A stretch of DNA of 64,000 bases from Alphaproteobacteria bacterium. GTDB lineage: Bacteria > Pseudomonadota > Alphaproteobacteria > UBA828. The notes under the pieces were generated by a model that had not been told where the DNA came from, ran no database searches, and saw only the letters and a program-made list of their open reading frames with translations. Location of the stretch: the NCBI GenBank assembly GCA_965214705.1, contig OZ243972.1, forward strand, positions 928,001 to 992,000. Reading direction: 5' to 3'. The translations under genes and the position numbers were made by a program. This document shows, piece after piece, positions 1-11,389 of this stretch. The stretch's first letter is position 1, and the number at the start of each line of letters is the position of its first letter.

Positions 1-1
1 G

Positions 2-1327
2 GTCAAGGATACTCTGACCCTGCTGTTCCTGGTCGGCGTGATGTTCGAGAAGGACTGGAAGCTCGCCTTGATTGCCTGCGTCGTCTTTCCCATCGCGATC
101 TACCCGATCACGAAGATCGGCCGGCGCATGCGCCGGGTCTCGACTTCGGCGCTCACGGAGCTGGGTCTCTTCACCGCGCGGCTCAACGAGACGTTTCAGG
201 GCGCACGCCACGTCAAGGCGTACAACCGGGAGGGCTTCGAATCGGAGCGCACCGACCGCCTGATCGAGAGCGTCTTCCGCCTGATCTTCAAGCAGCAGCG
301 CGTCCGTGCCGCCGCGACGCCGATCATGGAAACGCTGGGCGGCCTCTTCATCGCCGTGCTGATCCTCTATGGCGGCTGGCAGGTGATCGAAGGCGCGCTC
401 ACGCCGGGCGCGTTCTTCGCCTTCGTGACCGCCATGCTGCTCGCCTATCGGCCGCTCAAGGCGCTCGCCAACCTCAACGCCAGCCTGCAGGAGGGCCTCG
501 CTGCGAGCCAGCGCGTGTTTGACCTGTTGGACACCGAGCCCCGCATCGCCGAGGCCCCGGATGCGCGTCCGCTCAAGGTCAGGGGCGGCGCCGTCGCGCT
601 CGATCGCGTCAGCTTTACCTATCCGAATGGCGCCCCTGCGCTCCTCGATGTGACCTTGGACATCCCGGCGGGCGAGACGGTCGCCCTGGTCGGGCCCTCC
701 GGCGCCGGCAAATCCACGGTGCTCAACCTGATCCCCCGGCTTTACGACGTGGACGAGGGAACGGTTAGCATCGACGGGACCGATGTCCGCGAGGCGACAA
801 TCAAAAGCGTGCGCGACGCTGTGGCGCTGGTGAGCCAGGAAGCGGTGCTGTTCGACGAAAGCGTCCGCGCCAACATCGCCTACGGGCGGATTGGTGCGAG
901 CGACGATGATATCGAAGCCGCGGCCCGTGCCGCCGGCGCCGAGCGCTTCATCGAGGAACTCCCCAACGGTTACGATACGATCATCGGCGAGCACGGGGTC
1001 AAGCTCTCCGGTGGCCAGCGGCAACGGCTTTCCATCGCCCGCGCCATGCTCAAAGATGCCCCCATTCTGCTGCTCGACGAGGCGACGAGCGCGCTCGACG
1101 CCGAATCCGAGCGGCAGGTGCAGGACGCATTGCGGAGCCTGATGCGGGGCCGCACGACCCTGGTCATTGCCCACCGCCTCTCCACGGTCCGGGAGGCCAA
1201 CCGGATCTATGTGTTGGAAAACGGCGGGCTCGTGGAATCGGGCACACATCGATCGCTGTTGGCGGCGAACGGCGTGTACGCGCGGCTTCACGCCGTGCAG
1301 TTTTCCGCGGGCATGGCCGCCGAATAG
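2..1327 (+). CDS. msbA: Lipid A-core flippase MsbA-like ABC exporter (5' end outside window)
   Basis: TM helices followed by Walker A GPSGAGKS, signature LSGGQRQR and Walker B LLLDEATSALD; frame open back to the window edge; heads a lipid A gene cluster. Confidence 0.85.
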   Translation, partial: VKDTLTLLFLVGVMFEKDWKLALIACVVFPIAIYPITKIGRRMRRVSTSALTELGLFTARLNETFQGARHVKAYNREGFESERTDRLIESVFRLIFKQQRVRAAATPIMETLGGLFIAVLILYGGWQVIEGALTPGAFFAFVTAMLLAYRPLKALANLNASLQEGLAASQRVFDLLDTEPRIAEAPDARPLKVRGGAVALDRVSFTYPNGAPALLDVTLDIPAGETVALVGPSGAGKSTVLNLIPRLYDVDEGTVSIDGTDVREATIKSVRDAVALVSQEAVLFDESVRANIAYGRIGASDDDIEAAARAAGAERFIEELPNGYDTIIGEHGVKLSGGQRQRLSIARAMLKDAPILLLDEATSALDAESERQVQDALRSLMRGRTTLVIAHRLSTVREANRIYVLENGGLVESGTHRSLLAANGVYARLHAVQFSAGMAAE

Positions 1328-1329
1328 GC

Positions 1330-2082
1330 ATGGCACTCGGCAAGCGCGTCGCGCGGAGCCGGATCGGGCGTGCCGCGCTCATCTGGCTCTACGCCCGCTT
1401 TGCGAGCTTGGTCTTTGCCACGACCCGCTGGCGGATTCACGGCCGCGACGACGCCGAAGCGCTGATACGCGCAGGCCAACCCTTCATCTGTGCCTTCTGG
1501 CACGGCCGGCTGATGCTGGCGCCCCACGGCTGGCCGAGGGGCACGCCGATTCACGTCATGATTTCCCGCCACCGAGACGGCGAGAACATCGCGCGTGCAA
1601 CACAGCGCCTGGGCGTGGTGCCGATCCGCGGTTCGGGCACGCGGGGCGGCGCGGCGGCGGGCCGCGCCTCGCTCCGCGTGCTGAAAGAGGGCGGCTATGT
1701 CGCCATCAGCCCGGACGGGCCGCGCGGCCCCCGGATGCGCGTTCAGCCCGGAATTATTGCGTTGGCGCGCCTCTCCGGTGCGCCGATCGTGCCGATCACG
1801 TTTGGGGTTTCTCGCCGCGCAGTCGCGAACAGCTGGGATCGCTTCGTGATCGCGCTGCCCTTCGGCCGCGGAGCCTATCTGTGGGGACCGCCGCTCCATG
1901 TCGCCGCAGATGCCGACGAGGCGGCGAGGGAGCGCGCGCGCATAATCTTGGAGGAGCGGCTCAACGCGCTGACCGCCGAAGCCGACCGCATGGTGGGCGC
2001 GGAGCCAATCGAACCGGCGGGTGACACTGCCCGAACGCGCGAACACCGCGCCGGTGCGGCACCGGCCGCGGCACGCCAATGA
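1330..2082 (+). CDS. DUF374 / LpxJ-like lysophospholipid acyltransferase family protein
   Basis: FWHGR, SRHRDGE, PIRGS and SPDGPRGP motifs; lies between msbA and waaA. Confidence 0.8.
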   Translation: MALGKRVARSRIGRAALIWLYARFASLVFATTRWRIHGRDDAEALIRAGQPFICAFWHGRLMLAPHGWPRGTPIHVMISRHRDGENIARATQRLGVVPIRGSGTRGGAAAGRASLRVLKEGGYVAISPDGPRGPRMRVQPGIIALARLSGAPIVPITFGVSRRAVANSWDRFVIALPFGRGAYLWGPPLHVAADADEAARERARIILEERLNALTAEADRMVGAEPIEPAGDTARTREHRAGAAPAAARQ

Positions 2083-3392
2083 TCGAGGCCCTGATCACGC
2101 CGCGCAGTTATCGTTGCGCCAGCGTGCTTGCCACGCCGGTCGTCCACGCCTGGCTTGCCCATCGTCGGCGCCGAGGTAAGGAGGACCGCGACCGTTTTGG
2201 CGAGCGTCTCGGGAAGCCTGGCTTGCCCCGGCCCGATGGTCGGCTGGTCTGGATGCACGCAGTAAGCGTCGGCGAGAGCCTGTCCCTGCTGCCGCTGGTC
2301 GAGCGCCTTCGCGAAGCGCTTCCTGACGTTCACGTCCTGATCACGTCCGGCACCGTCACCTCCGCACGGCTGCTGCGCGAGCGACTTACGGCCGGCGTGT
2401 GTCACCAATTCGCGCCGGTCGACCGGCCCGGTGCCGTGCGGCGGTTTGCCGGGCACTGGCGGCCGGACCTCGCGGTCTGGGTGGAATCGGAGCTCTGGCC
2501 CAACCTCATCCTGGAGACCGCCGGGCGCGACATCCCCATGCTGCTGGTCAATGCGCGCATGTCTGCTCGTTCTGCCGAACGTTGGCGGCGGGCGCCGCAC
2601 TTATGCCAACCTCTACTCGAGGCCTTCGCCGGCGTCCTGGCGCAGACGGAGACGGATGCGGTGCGCTTTCGCGCGCTCGGTGCGCGAAACGTCGCGGCTC
2701 GCGGAAACCTCAAGAATGACGCCCCGCCACTACCGGCGAATGCGCAGGACGTGGCGGCCCTCAAACGAGCCATCGGCAGCCGGCCCTGCTGGGTGGCGAC
2801 GAGCACCCACGAGGGCGAAGAGGAAGCAGTCGGCGAGGCAGTCTGCGCCTTGCGCCGAACCTTCCCCGATCTGCTCACGATCCTTGCGCCGCGTCACCCG
2901 GAGCGGGGCGCGGCCGTTACCGAGATGCTGGAGCGCCGCAGTCTTGTCACCGCCCGGCGCTCGGCGAACGATACGATCACGTCGGCGACCGCTGTCTTTC
3001 TCATCGATACGCTGGGCGAACTCGGCTTGGTCTACCGTCTCGCCGGCACAGCCTTCGTGGGCGGCTCGCTTGCGCCCCATGGCGGGCACAACCCTCTAGA
3101 GCCGGCACGGCTCGATTGCGCACTCATTGCGGGCCCGTACACGGAAAATTTTGCGGAGGCATATGCCGCTCTGGAGGACGCCGGCGCACTCGACCGGGTG
3201 GGCGACGCGGATGCGCTCGCGGGCGCAGTGTGCGCCCTGCTCGAAGACGAGAGCGCGCAGTCTACGCGCGCGACCGCCGCGCGCGAGGCCGCGGCGGCGC
3301 TTGGCGGTGCGGCCGAGGCGGCTCTCGGCCTGATCCGAGATCACCTCGAACCCAGCGGCGACGATGCGCGCGCCGGCGTTCTGGACGGCTGA
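2079..3392 (+). CDS. waaA: 3-deoxy-D-manno-octulosonic acid (Kdo) transferase
   Basis: WMHAVSVGE, ESELWPN, APRHPER and GGHNPLEPA motifs. Confidence 0.93.
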   Translation: MIEALITPRSYRCASVLATPVVHAWLAHRRRRGKEDRDRFGERLGKPGLPRPDGRLVWMHAVSVGESLSLLPLVERLREALPDVHVLITSGTVTSARLLRERLTAGVCHQFAPVDRPGAVRRFAGHWRPDLAVWVESELWPNLILETAGRDIPMLLVNARMSARSAERWRRAPHLCQPLLEAFAGVLAQTETDAVRFRALGARNVAARGNLKNDAPPLPANAQDVAALKRAIGSRPCWVATSTHEGEEEAVGEAVCALRRTFPDLLTILAPRHPERGAAVTEMLERRSLVTARRSANDTITSATAVFLIDTLGELGLVYRLAGTAFVGGSLAPHGGHNPLEPARLDCALIAGPYTENFAEAYAALEDAGALDRVGDADALAGAVCALLEDESAQSTRATAAREAAAALGGAAEAALGLIRDHLEPSGDDARAGVLDG

Positions 3393-4356
3393 GCGCGGCG
3401 GTGTTGCCGCCGCCGCGCTGACGCCACTCTCCTGGCTTTATCGCCTCGGCGCGCGGAGCCACGCCGCTCTGGCTCGGCCGTCGAGGGCGGAGCGTCCGGT
3501 AATTTGTGTCGGCAACTTCACAGTGGGCGGTGCGGGCAAGACCCCCACCGTCCTCGCTCTCGCCGCGCTGCTGGCGGAGGAAGACGTCCGCCCGCACATC
3601 CTCACGCGCGGCTATGGCGGCAGTGAGCGAGGTCCGCTCAGGGTCGATCCCGCCCGCCACGGCACAGACGCGGTCGGCGATGAGGCGTTGTTGCTGGCGC
3701 GGGCGGCGCCGACCTGGCTTTGCCGCGACCGGCCGGCGGGAGCCGCCGCTGCGGCGTCCGCAGGCGCGGATTTGTTGCTCATGGACGACGGCATGCAGAC
3801 GCCGGGCTTGACGAAGGACTTTTGCATCGCGGTCGTGGATGGCGGCGCCGGCTTCGGTAATGGCCGCCTGTTGCCTGCCGGGCCGCTGCGCGAGCCGCTC
3901 GCCTGCGGGATCAACCGGGCGCATGCGTTGGTTCTGGTCGGTGTCGACCGAGAAGGCGCACTCGCGGCGCTCGGTTCGCACGACCTGCCCGTGATTGAGG
4001 CTTCGCTGGTGCCTGGCGACGAGGTTCGGGCGCTCCGCGAGCGGCCGGTCGTCGCCTTCGCCGGGATCGGGCGGCCGGAGAAGTTCTTCGAGACGTTGGT
4101 CGAGAACGACTGCAACGTGATCGCGCGCCATGCCTTCGCGGACCACCACCGCTATAAGCCGAAAGAGATCGCGGCCATAGTCGACTATGCGAAAGAGCGG
4201 GACGCCGTGCCGGTCACGACCGAAAAGGACCATGTGCGGCTGCCGCCGGACGCGAGAGCGACAGTTCGCACGCTTTCCGTCACTCTCGCCTGGCGCGATC
4301 CGGCCGAACCGCGCTCCTTGCTGGCGCCGCTGGTGACGCGCTGCCGCCGTGGCTAA
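3364..4356 (+). CDS. lpxK: Tetraacyldisaccharide 4'-kinase
   Basis: VGNFTVGGAGKTP, RGYGG, GDEALLL, MDDGMQ, PAGPLRE and TTEKD motifs. Confidence 0.95.
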   Translation: MRAPAFWTAERGGVAAAALTPLSWLYRLGARSHAALARPSRAERPVICVGNFTVGGAGKTPTVLALAALLAEEDVRPHILTRGYGGSERGPLRVDPARHGTDAVGDEALLLARAAPTWLCRDRPAGAAAAASAGADLLLMDDGMQTPGLTKDFCIAVVDGGAGFGNGRLLPAGPLREPLACGINRAHALVLVGVDREGALAALGSHDLPVIEASLVPGDEVRALRERPVVAFAGIGRPEKFFETLVENDCNVIARHAFADHHRYKPKEIAAIVDYAKERDAVPVTTEKDHVRLPPDARATVRTLSVTLAWRDPAEPRSLLAPLVTRCRRG

Positions 4357-5239
4357 GCGGGGGCCGGCACGCGCAGCGCGGCACGTCTGCGAGGCCGCTA
4401 CCGCCCATGTCCTTTTCGGGCTGCTGGGCGTGCTGCCCGTGGGATGGGCGTCGGCTCTCGGTGCCGTTCTGGGCGGCTCCATCGGACCCATGCTCCCGGT
4501 GCACCAGCAGGGCCTCGACAATCTCGCCCGCGCGTTGCCGGAGCTTTCGCCCGCCGAGCTCCGGCGTTGCGCCCGCCGCATGTGGCGTCATCTCGGCCGC
4601 ATCGCTGCGGAATATCCGCATCTCCACCGCTTCTCCGTCGACGCGCCTGGCGGGCGGGTCGAGCTCGTCGGGCGCGACCACCTGGACGAAGCCAAGCGCT
4701 CCGCCACCGGCGGAATCTTTTTCTCGGGCCACATCGGCAATTGGGAGATCGCCGCGCTCACGCTGGAGCAGGGCGGAATCCCGGCAACCGTCGTCTACAG
4801 GGCGGCGAACAACCCGATCGTCGACCGCATGATCTCGCGGATCAGGGGTGCGGTCATGCAGCACCTCGTGCCCAAGGGCCACGACGCGACGCGGGAGCTG
4901 GTGCGCACGCTCGGCGCCGGCGGGCATGTCGCTCTCCTCGTGGATCAGAAGCTCAAGACCGGTATCCCGGTCCCCTTCTTCGGCCGCGATGCCATGACCG
5001 CGCCCGCCGTGGCGACACTCGCGCTGCGCTACGACTGCCCGGTGTGGCCGGTCAGAGTGGAACGGCTGGCCGGCGCGTCCTTCCGGGTCACCGTGTATCC
5101 CAAGCTCGCCATGCCCGAGGAGGGTATGCGGGAGGAACGCATCCGTGCGACCATGATCGCCATCAATCGCACTCTCGAAGACTGGATCCGCGAACGGCCC
5201 GCACAATGGCTGTGGCTGCACCGGCGCTGGCCCGAGTGA
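4349..5239 (+). CDS. lpxL: Lipid A lauroyl acyltransferase (LpxL/HtrB family)
   Basis: HIGNWE catalytic motif, LVDQ, C-terminal PAQWLWLHRRW. Confidence 0.85.
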   Translation: MAKRGPARAARHVCEAATAHVLFGLLGVLPVGWASALGAVLGGSIGPMLPVHQQGLDNLARALPELSPAELRRCARRMWRHLGRIAAEYPHLHRFSVDAPGGRVELVGRDHLDEAKRSATGGIFFSGHIGNWEIAALTLEQGGIPATVVYRAANNPIVDRMISRIRGAVMQHLVPKGHDATRELVRTLGAGGHVALLVDQKLKTGIPVPFFGRDAMTAPAVATLALRYDCPVWPVRVERLAGASFRVTVYPKLAMPEEGMREERIRATMIAINRTLEDWIRERPAQWLWLHRRWPE

Positions 5240-5258
5240 GAGACACCCCCACCCCCGA

Positions 5259-5286
5259 TTGACACGGGGGACGCCCGGCCTATAGT
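5259..5286 (+). promoter_or_regulatory. Sigma70-type promoter of the rplU-rpmA operon
   Basis: TTGACA (5259-5264), 16-nt spacer, TATAGT (5281-5286), about 50 nt upstream of the rplU ATG. Confidence 0.7.
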
Positions 5287-5333
5287 GCGCCCGCTGCGGG
5301 GAGCGCCCCGCTCTCCCAACACGGATGGTTGCC

Positions 5334-6041
5334 ATGTTCGCTGTGGTTCGCTCTGGCGGGAAGCAGTACCGCGTCGCGCCGGAGGACGTGATCCGGGTGG
5401 AACGGCTGAAGGCCGAGGCCGGTGAGGCGATCGAGCTCGGCGAGGTGCTGGCCATGAGCGACGGCGAGACCGTCTCGCTCGGACAGCCGCTGGTCGAGGG
5501 CGCGCGCGTGGCGGCCACGGTGGTCGAGCACACGCGCGGAGACAAGATCATCGTCTTCCGCAAGAAGCGGCGGAAGAACCATCGGCGCAAGCGCGGGCAC
5601 CGGCAGGAGCTCACGGTGCTCCGCATCGACGAGATTCTGGCGGCTGGCCAGAAGCGGAAGGTGCGCCGGAAGAAGAAGGCCATTCCGGCGGAAGGCGAAG
5701 AGGCAACCGGCGCCAAGACCAAGAGGTCGACGCGAGCGAAGGCTGCTGCCAAGCCGAGGACGCGGAAGAAGCCGGACGCCAAGGCCGAGCCGGCCGAGGA
5801 GGCCGCACCCGCACCCGCCGAAGCGGCGACCCCGGAGCCGGCCGAGCCGCCGGTCGAGGAAGCCGCTGCGCCGCCAGCAGACGATGCAGCCGAGGCGCCG
5901 GCAGCCGAGGCGGCTGAGCCCCAGGCAGAAGAAATGACCGATACGCCGGCCGATGAGTCCCAGGCAAACGAGACGACCGACACGACGGCCGCAGAGACCG
6001 CGGACGCTGCTGCGGACGAGCCGGCGGAGGAGAAAAGCTGA
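5334..6041 (+). CDS. rplU: 50S ribosomal protein L21 with long basic-then-acidic C-terminal extension
   Basis: [14 protein letters not shown] ... [18 protein letters not shown] core, then about 130 aa low-complexity tail. Confidence 0.95.
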   Translation: MFAVVRSGGKQYRVAPEDVIRVERLKAEAGEAIELGEVLAMSDGETVSLGQPLVEGARVAATVVEHTRGDKIIVFRKKRRKNHRRKRGHRQELTVLRIDEILAAGQKRKVRRKKKAIPAEGEEATGAKTKRSTRAKAAAKPRTRKKPDAKAEPAEEAAPAPAEAATPEPAEPPVEEAAAPPADDAAEAPAAEAAEPQAEEMTDTPADESQANETTDTTAAETADAAADEPAEEKS

Positions 6042-6298
6042 TGGCGCACAAGAAGGCAGGCGGTAGTTCGCGCAACGGCCGGGACACGGCGGGCCGACGC
6101 CTCGGCATCAAGAAGTTCGGCGGCGAGGCTGTGATCCCTGGCAACATCATCGCGCGCCAGCGAGGCACCAAGTGGCACCCCGGCGAGAACGTCGGGATCG
6201 GGCGCGATCACACGCTCTTCGCGCTGACCGGCGGCCATGTGCGGTTCGCGCGGCACAGCGGCGGGAAGACGGTCGTCTCGGTCGAGCCGAGCGCGTAA
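6041..6298 (+). CDS. rpmA: 50S ribosomal protein L27
   Basis: [15 protein letters not shown] ... [10 protein letters not shown]. Confidence 0.98.
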   Translation: MAHKKAGGSSRNGRDTAGRRLGIKKFGGEAVIPGNIIARQRGTKWHPGENVGIGRDHTLFALTGGHVRFARHSGGKTVVSVEPSA

Positions 6299-7362
<1,064 letters not shown>

Positions 7363-7363
<1 letters not shown>

Positions 7364-8493
7364 TGCAGCCCTCGCTCGCCAACGCGTCCCGCACTGTGGT
7401 CAAGATCGGCTCGGCGTTGCTCGCCGACCCGGAGACCGGCGCCCTCAACGAGGCCTGGCTCGACGGCCTCGCGCGGGACGTGGCCCAGCTTCGCGGGCGC
7501 GGCAGGGACGTGCTGATCGTCTCGTCGGGCGCAATCGCCATCGGGCGCCGCCACCTCGGACTCGCGCAAGGCGCGCTCAAGCTGGAGGAGATGCAGGCGG
7601 CGGCGGCCTGCGGCCAGATCCGGCTGGCTCACGCGTACCAGTCGGCGCTCGCCCGCCACGGCATCGGCGTCGCGCAAATCCTCCTGACCCACGAGGACAC
7701 CGAGGCGCGCCGGCGCTACCTGAACGCGCGCAGCACCATCAACACGCTGCTCTCGCTCGGCACCGTGCCCGTGATCAACGAGAACGACACCGTCGCTACC
7801 AACGAGATCCGCTTCGGCGACAACGACCGGCTCGCGGCGCGGGTCGCGGTGATGATGAGCGCGGACCTGCTGGTCCTGCTCTCGGATGTCGATGGCCTCT
7901 ACGAGAGCGACCCGCGGCACGATGCGGACGCACGCTGGATTCCCACGGTCGAGCGCATCACGCCCCAGATCGAGGCGATGGCGGGCGACATAGGCACGCC
8001 GAGTGCCGCTGGCGGCATGGTGACCAAGATCGCTGCGGCCAAGCACGCGATGGCGGCGGGCTGCCATATGGTGATCGCGGAGGGCGCGGTCGAACGACCT
8101 CTCACCGCGCTGGAAGGTGGCGCCCGTTCGACCTGGTTCGTGTCCACCGCGACGCCGCGCGCGGCCCGCAAGAGCTGGATCGCGAGCGCGCTGGAGCCGC
8201 GCGGCAGCCTCGTGATCGACGACGGCGCCTGGCGCGCGCTGCTCCAGGGCCGGAGCCTGCTGCCCGCCGGCGTGAAGGCGGTGGAAGGCACCTTCGAGCG
8301 CGGCGACGCGGTGGCGATTAGGGTCGGGCAGGGGCGCGAGGCCGGCCGCGGCCTGGTGGCCTATTCCGCCGCCGATGCAAGCCGGATCGTCGGCCACAAA
8401 TCCCGTGAAATAGAACGGATCCTCGGCTACCGTGGCCGCGCCGAGATGATCCACCGCGACGATCTCGTGCTCGACGAGGAGCAAGGACCGTGA
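7363..8493 (+). CDS. proB: Glutamate 5-kinase with PUA domain
   Basis: [38 protein letters not shown]; ATG overlaps the obgE TGA. Confidence 0.96.
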
Positions 8494-9782
8494 GCATGGC
8501 AGAGGCGGTACGGAGCCGCGAAACCGAACAGGACATCGCTGCCGAGATGGCTGCGCTCGGTGCCGAGGCGCGCGTGGCGGCGCGGGCGCTCGCGGCAAGC
8601 TCGGCCGGGGACAGGCGGCGTGCGCTCATGGCGGCAGCGGCGGCGATCCGCGGCGACGAAGCCGCCATCCTGGAGGCGAACGCCAAGGACATGGCAGCCG
8701 CCAAGGCGTCCGGGCTGAGCAGCGCTCTGCTCGACCGCCTCGCCCTCGATCCAGGCCGGGTCGAGGCGATGGCGGCAGGTGTCGAGCAGGTGGCCGCCCT
8801 CGACGACCCGCTCGGCCGCCTGCTGGGCGAGTGGCAGCGGCCCAACGGGCTTCGCATCCGCCGGGTCTCGGTGCCGATCGGCGTCATCGGGATCATCTAC
8901 GAATCGCGGCCCAACGTGACCGCCGACGCCGGCGCGCTCTGCCTCATGGCGGGGAATGCGGCGATCCTGCGCGGCGGCTCCGAGAGCTACCATTCATCGC
9001 GCGCCATCGCGGCGTCGCTGCGCGCGGCCCTTGCCGAGACCGGGCTGCCGGCAGGCTGCATCCAGCTCGTGCCGACGACCGACAGGGCGGCCGTCGGCAT
9101 TCTGCTCCGCATGGACGAAGCGCTCGACCTGATCGTGCCGCGCGGCGGCCGCTCGCTGATCGAGCGGGTGCTGGCGGAGAGCCGGGTGCCGGTGATGGCG
9201 CACCTGGACGGCAACTGCCACGTCTACGTGCATGCCGCCGCCGATCCCGAGAAGGCGCGCGACGTCACCTTCAACGCCAAAATGCGGCGGACCGGAATCT
9301 GCGGTGCGGCGGAGACGTTGCTGGTCGACGCCGCCGTGGCGGACAGGCTGCCCGCGATCCTCGAGCCGCTGTTCGACGCCGGTTGCGAGGTGCGGGGCGA
9401 TGCGCGCGTGCAGGCGCTGGACACGCGGGTGGTGCCGGTCGACGACGCCGACTGGGGAACCGAGTACCTCGACGCGATCATCTCGGTCGGGGTGGTGGAC
9501 GGGCTCGACGCGGCGATCGCCCACGTCAACGAGCACGGCTCGCACCACACCGACAGCATCATCACCGAGGACGCAGGCGCCGCCGAGCGCTTCATGGAGG
9601 CAGTCGATAGCGGGATCGTGCTGCACAACGCCTCGACCCAATTCGCCGACGGCGGCGAGTTCGGCATGGGGGCCGAGATCGGCATCTCCACCGGCAAGCT
9701 GCACGCGCGCGGGCCGGTGGGCGTCGAGCAGCTCACCACCTACAAGTACAAGGTCTACGGCGACGGGCAGGTTCGCCCCTGA
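8490..9782 (+). CDS. proA: Gamma-glutamyl phosphate reductase
   Basis: [50 protein letters not shown]. Confidence 0.97.
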   Translation: MSMAEAVRSRETEQDIAAEMAALGAEARVAARALAASSAGDRRRALMAAAAAIRGDEAAILEANAKDMAAAKASGLSSALLDRLALDPGRVEAMAAGVEQVAALDDPLGRLLGEWQRPNGLRIRRVSVPIGVIGIIYESRPNVTADAGALCLMAGNAAILRGGSESYHSSRAIAASLRAALAETGLPAGCIQLVPTTDRAAVGILLRMDEALDLIVPRGGRSLIERVLAESRVPVMAHLDGNCHVYVHAAADPEKARDVTFNAKMRRTGICGAAETLLVDAAVADRLPAILEPLFDAGCEVRGDARVQALDTRVVPVDDADWGTEYLDAIISVGVVDGLDAAIAHVNEHGSHHTDSIITEDAGAAERFMEAVDSGIVLHNASTQFADGGEFGMGAEIGISTGKLHARGPVGVEQLTTYKYKVYGDGQVRP

Positions 9783-9790
9783 CCGCGCTC

Positions 9791-10432
9791 GTGCCCATGC
9801 GCCGCCGGCGGTCGCGGCCCGTGCCGGGCGGCACCCGGCCCGCGAGGCCTCCGGGCCGCAAGATCGGACTGCTGGGGGGCTCCTTCAATCCGGCCCACGA
9901 GGGGCATCGCCATATTAGCCTGCTGGCGCTCAAGCGGCTCGGCTTGCACGAGGTCTGGTGGCTGGTCTCGCCGCAGAACCCGCTCAAGCCCCGCGCCGGG
10001 ATGGCGGCGTTCGACGAACGCCTCGCCAGCGCGCGGGCCGCGGTGGGCGACCGGCGGCTCCGCGTGAGCGATATCGAGCGCCGCCTCGGCAGTTGCTATT
10101 CAGTCGATACCGTCGCCCGCCTCAAGCGGCGCTTCCCGCAGCACCGGCTGGTCTGGATCGTCGGCGCCGACAACCTGCCGACGCTCGCAGAGTGGCGGCG
10201 CTGGCCCGCGCTCTTCCGGGCGCTACCCGTTGCGGTCATCGACCGCTGGCCTTACTCTCGCTATGCCAGTGTGGTTAAGCCTGCGAAACGATTCGCACGC
10301 CAAAGAATGGCGGAACGCCGAGCGACAGGGCTCGTGCGGAGCAAGCCGCCCGCCTGGATGGTCATCCATGGACCGTTGCATCCCGCCTCGGCGACAGCGT
10401 TGCGCGCCATGAGCGGTGCTGCGGGCCCATAA
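9791..10432 (+). CDS. nadD: Nicotinate-nucleotide adenylyltransferase
   Basis: GGSFNPAHEGH (HxGH), VSPQNPLK, GADNL; conserved position after proA. Confidence 0.93.
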   Translation: MPMRRRRSRPVPGGTRPARPPGRKIGLLGGSFNPAHEGHRHISLLALKRLGLHEVWWLVSPQNPLKPRAGMAAFDERLASARAAVGDRRLRVSDIERRLGSCYSVDTVARLKRRFPQHRLVWIVGADNLPTLAEWRRWPALFRALPVAVIDRWPYSRYASVVKPAKRFARQRMAERRATGLVRSKPPAWMVIHGPLHPASATALRAMSGAAGP

Positions 10433-10515
10433 GGGGAGGCTGGAGGAACACCATAACGGTACCTGAACGACCTGTTAGGTCCACACGCCGGGAGTCGGGC
10501 AAGGCCGACTCCGCA

Positions 10516-10869
10516 GTGCTTCACCGGGCCGTCGCCGGCGCTCTTGCAGACGCCAAGGCGGAGGACATCGTCACCATCGACCTCGACGGCAAGACCACCA
10601 TCGCCGATTTCATGGTCATCGCCAGCGGACGGTCGAAACGCCATGTCAACGCGGTGGCGGAGCGACTCCTGAAGCAGCTCAAGGACGACGGCACGCCGGC
10701 GCTCGCTGCGGAGGGCCGCGAGAACTCGGACTGGGTGCTGATCGATGCCGGCGACATCATCGTGCATGTCTTCCGGCCCGAAGTCCGCGCCCTCTACAAC
10801 CTCGAGAAGATGTGGTCCGTCGAGGCCATCGGCGCGGCAGAAGAGCAGGCGCTTGCCGGTGAGGATTAG
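10516..10869 (+). CDS. rsfS: Ribosome silencing factor RsfS (true start may be ATA at 10453)
   Basis: KAEDIVTIDL, ADFMVIASGRSKRHV, WVLIDAGDIIVHVFRPEVRALYNLEKMW. Confidence 0.95.
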   Translation: MLHRAVAGALADAKAEDIVTIDLDGKTTIADFMVIASGRSKRHVNAVAERLLKQLKDDGTPALAAEGRENSDWVLIDAGDIIVHVFRPEVRALYNLEKMWSVEAIGAAEEQALAGED

Positions 10870-10920
10870 CGGCGCGGCCCGGCCCGCCGCCTAGCAGGAA
10901 GAGAGGACGTCCCGCAGCCG

Positions 10921-11373
10921 ATGCGCCTTGTCGTGGCGGCAGTGGGCCGCGGCCGGGACGACCCGGCGCAACGGCTTTTCGAGGACTACCGCAAGCGCCT
11001 GCCGTGGCCGGTGGAGCTGCGCGAGATCCGGGCCGGCGGCGGCGGTAACGCGGGGCGGGAACGCGAGGCTGCGGCACTGCTGAAGGGGCTGCAGGCCGAC
11101 GCCCATGTCGTCGCTCTGGACGGCGGCGGGAAGGCGCTCTCCAGCGAGGAATTCGCGACAAGGCTGGCGAACATCCGCGACGACGGTACGGCCATCATGG
11201 CGTTCCTGATCGGCGGAGCGGACGGGCACGGCGACCCCGTTCTCGCCCGCGCCGACTTGGTGCTGTCGTTGGGGCCGATGACCTGGCCGCACCTGCTGGT
11301 GCGCGCGATGCTGGCGGAGCAGCTGTGGCGGGCGGCGAGCATCCTCTCGAGCCACCCGTACCACCGCGGTTGA
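10921..11373 (+). CDS. rlmH: 23S rRNA pseudouridine-1915 N3-methyltransferase
   Basis: FLIGGADG, LSLGPMTWPHLLVRAMLAEQLWRA, HPYHR. Confidence 0.95.
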   Translation: MRLVVAAVGRGRDDPAQRLFEDYRKRLPWPVELREIRAGGGGNAGREREAAALLKGLQADAHVVALDGGGKALSSEEFATRLANIRDDGTAIMAFLIGGADGHGDPVLARADLVLSLGPMTWPHLLVRAMLAEQLWRAASILSSHPYHRG

Positions 11374-11389
11374 GCGGCGGTAGGGGTGC

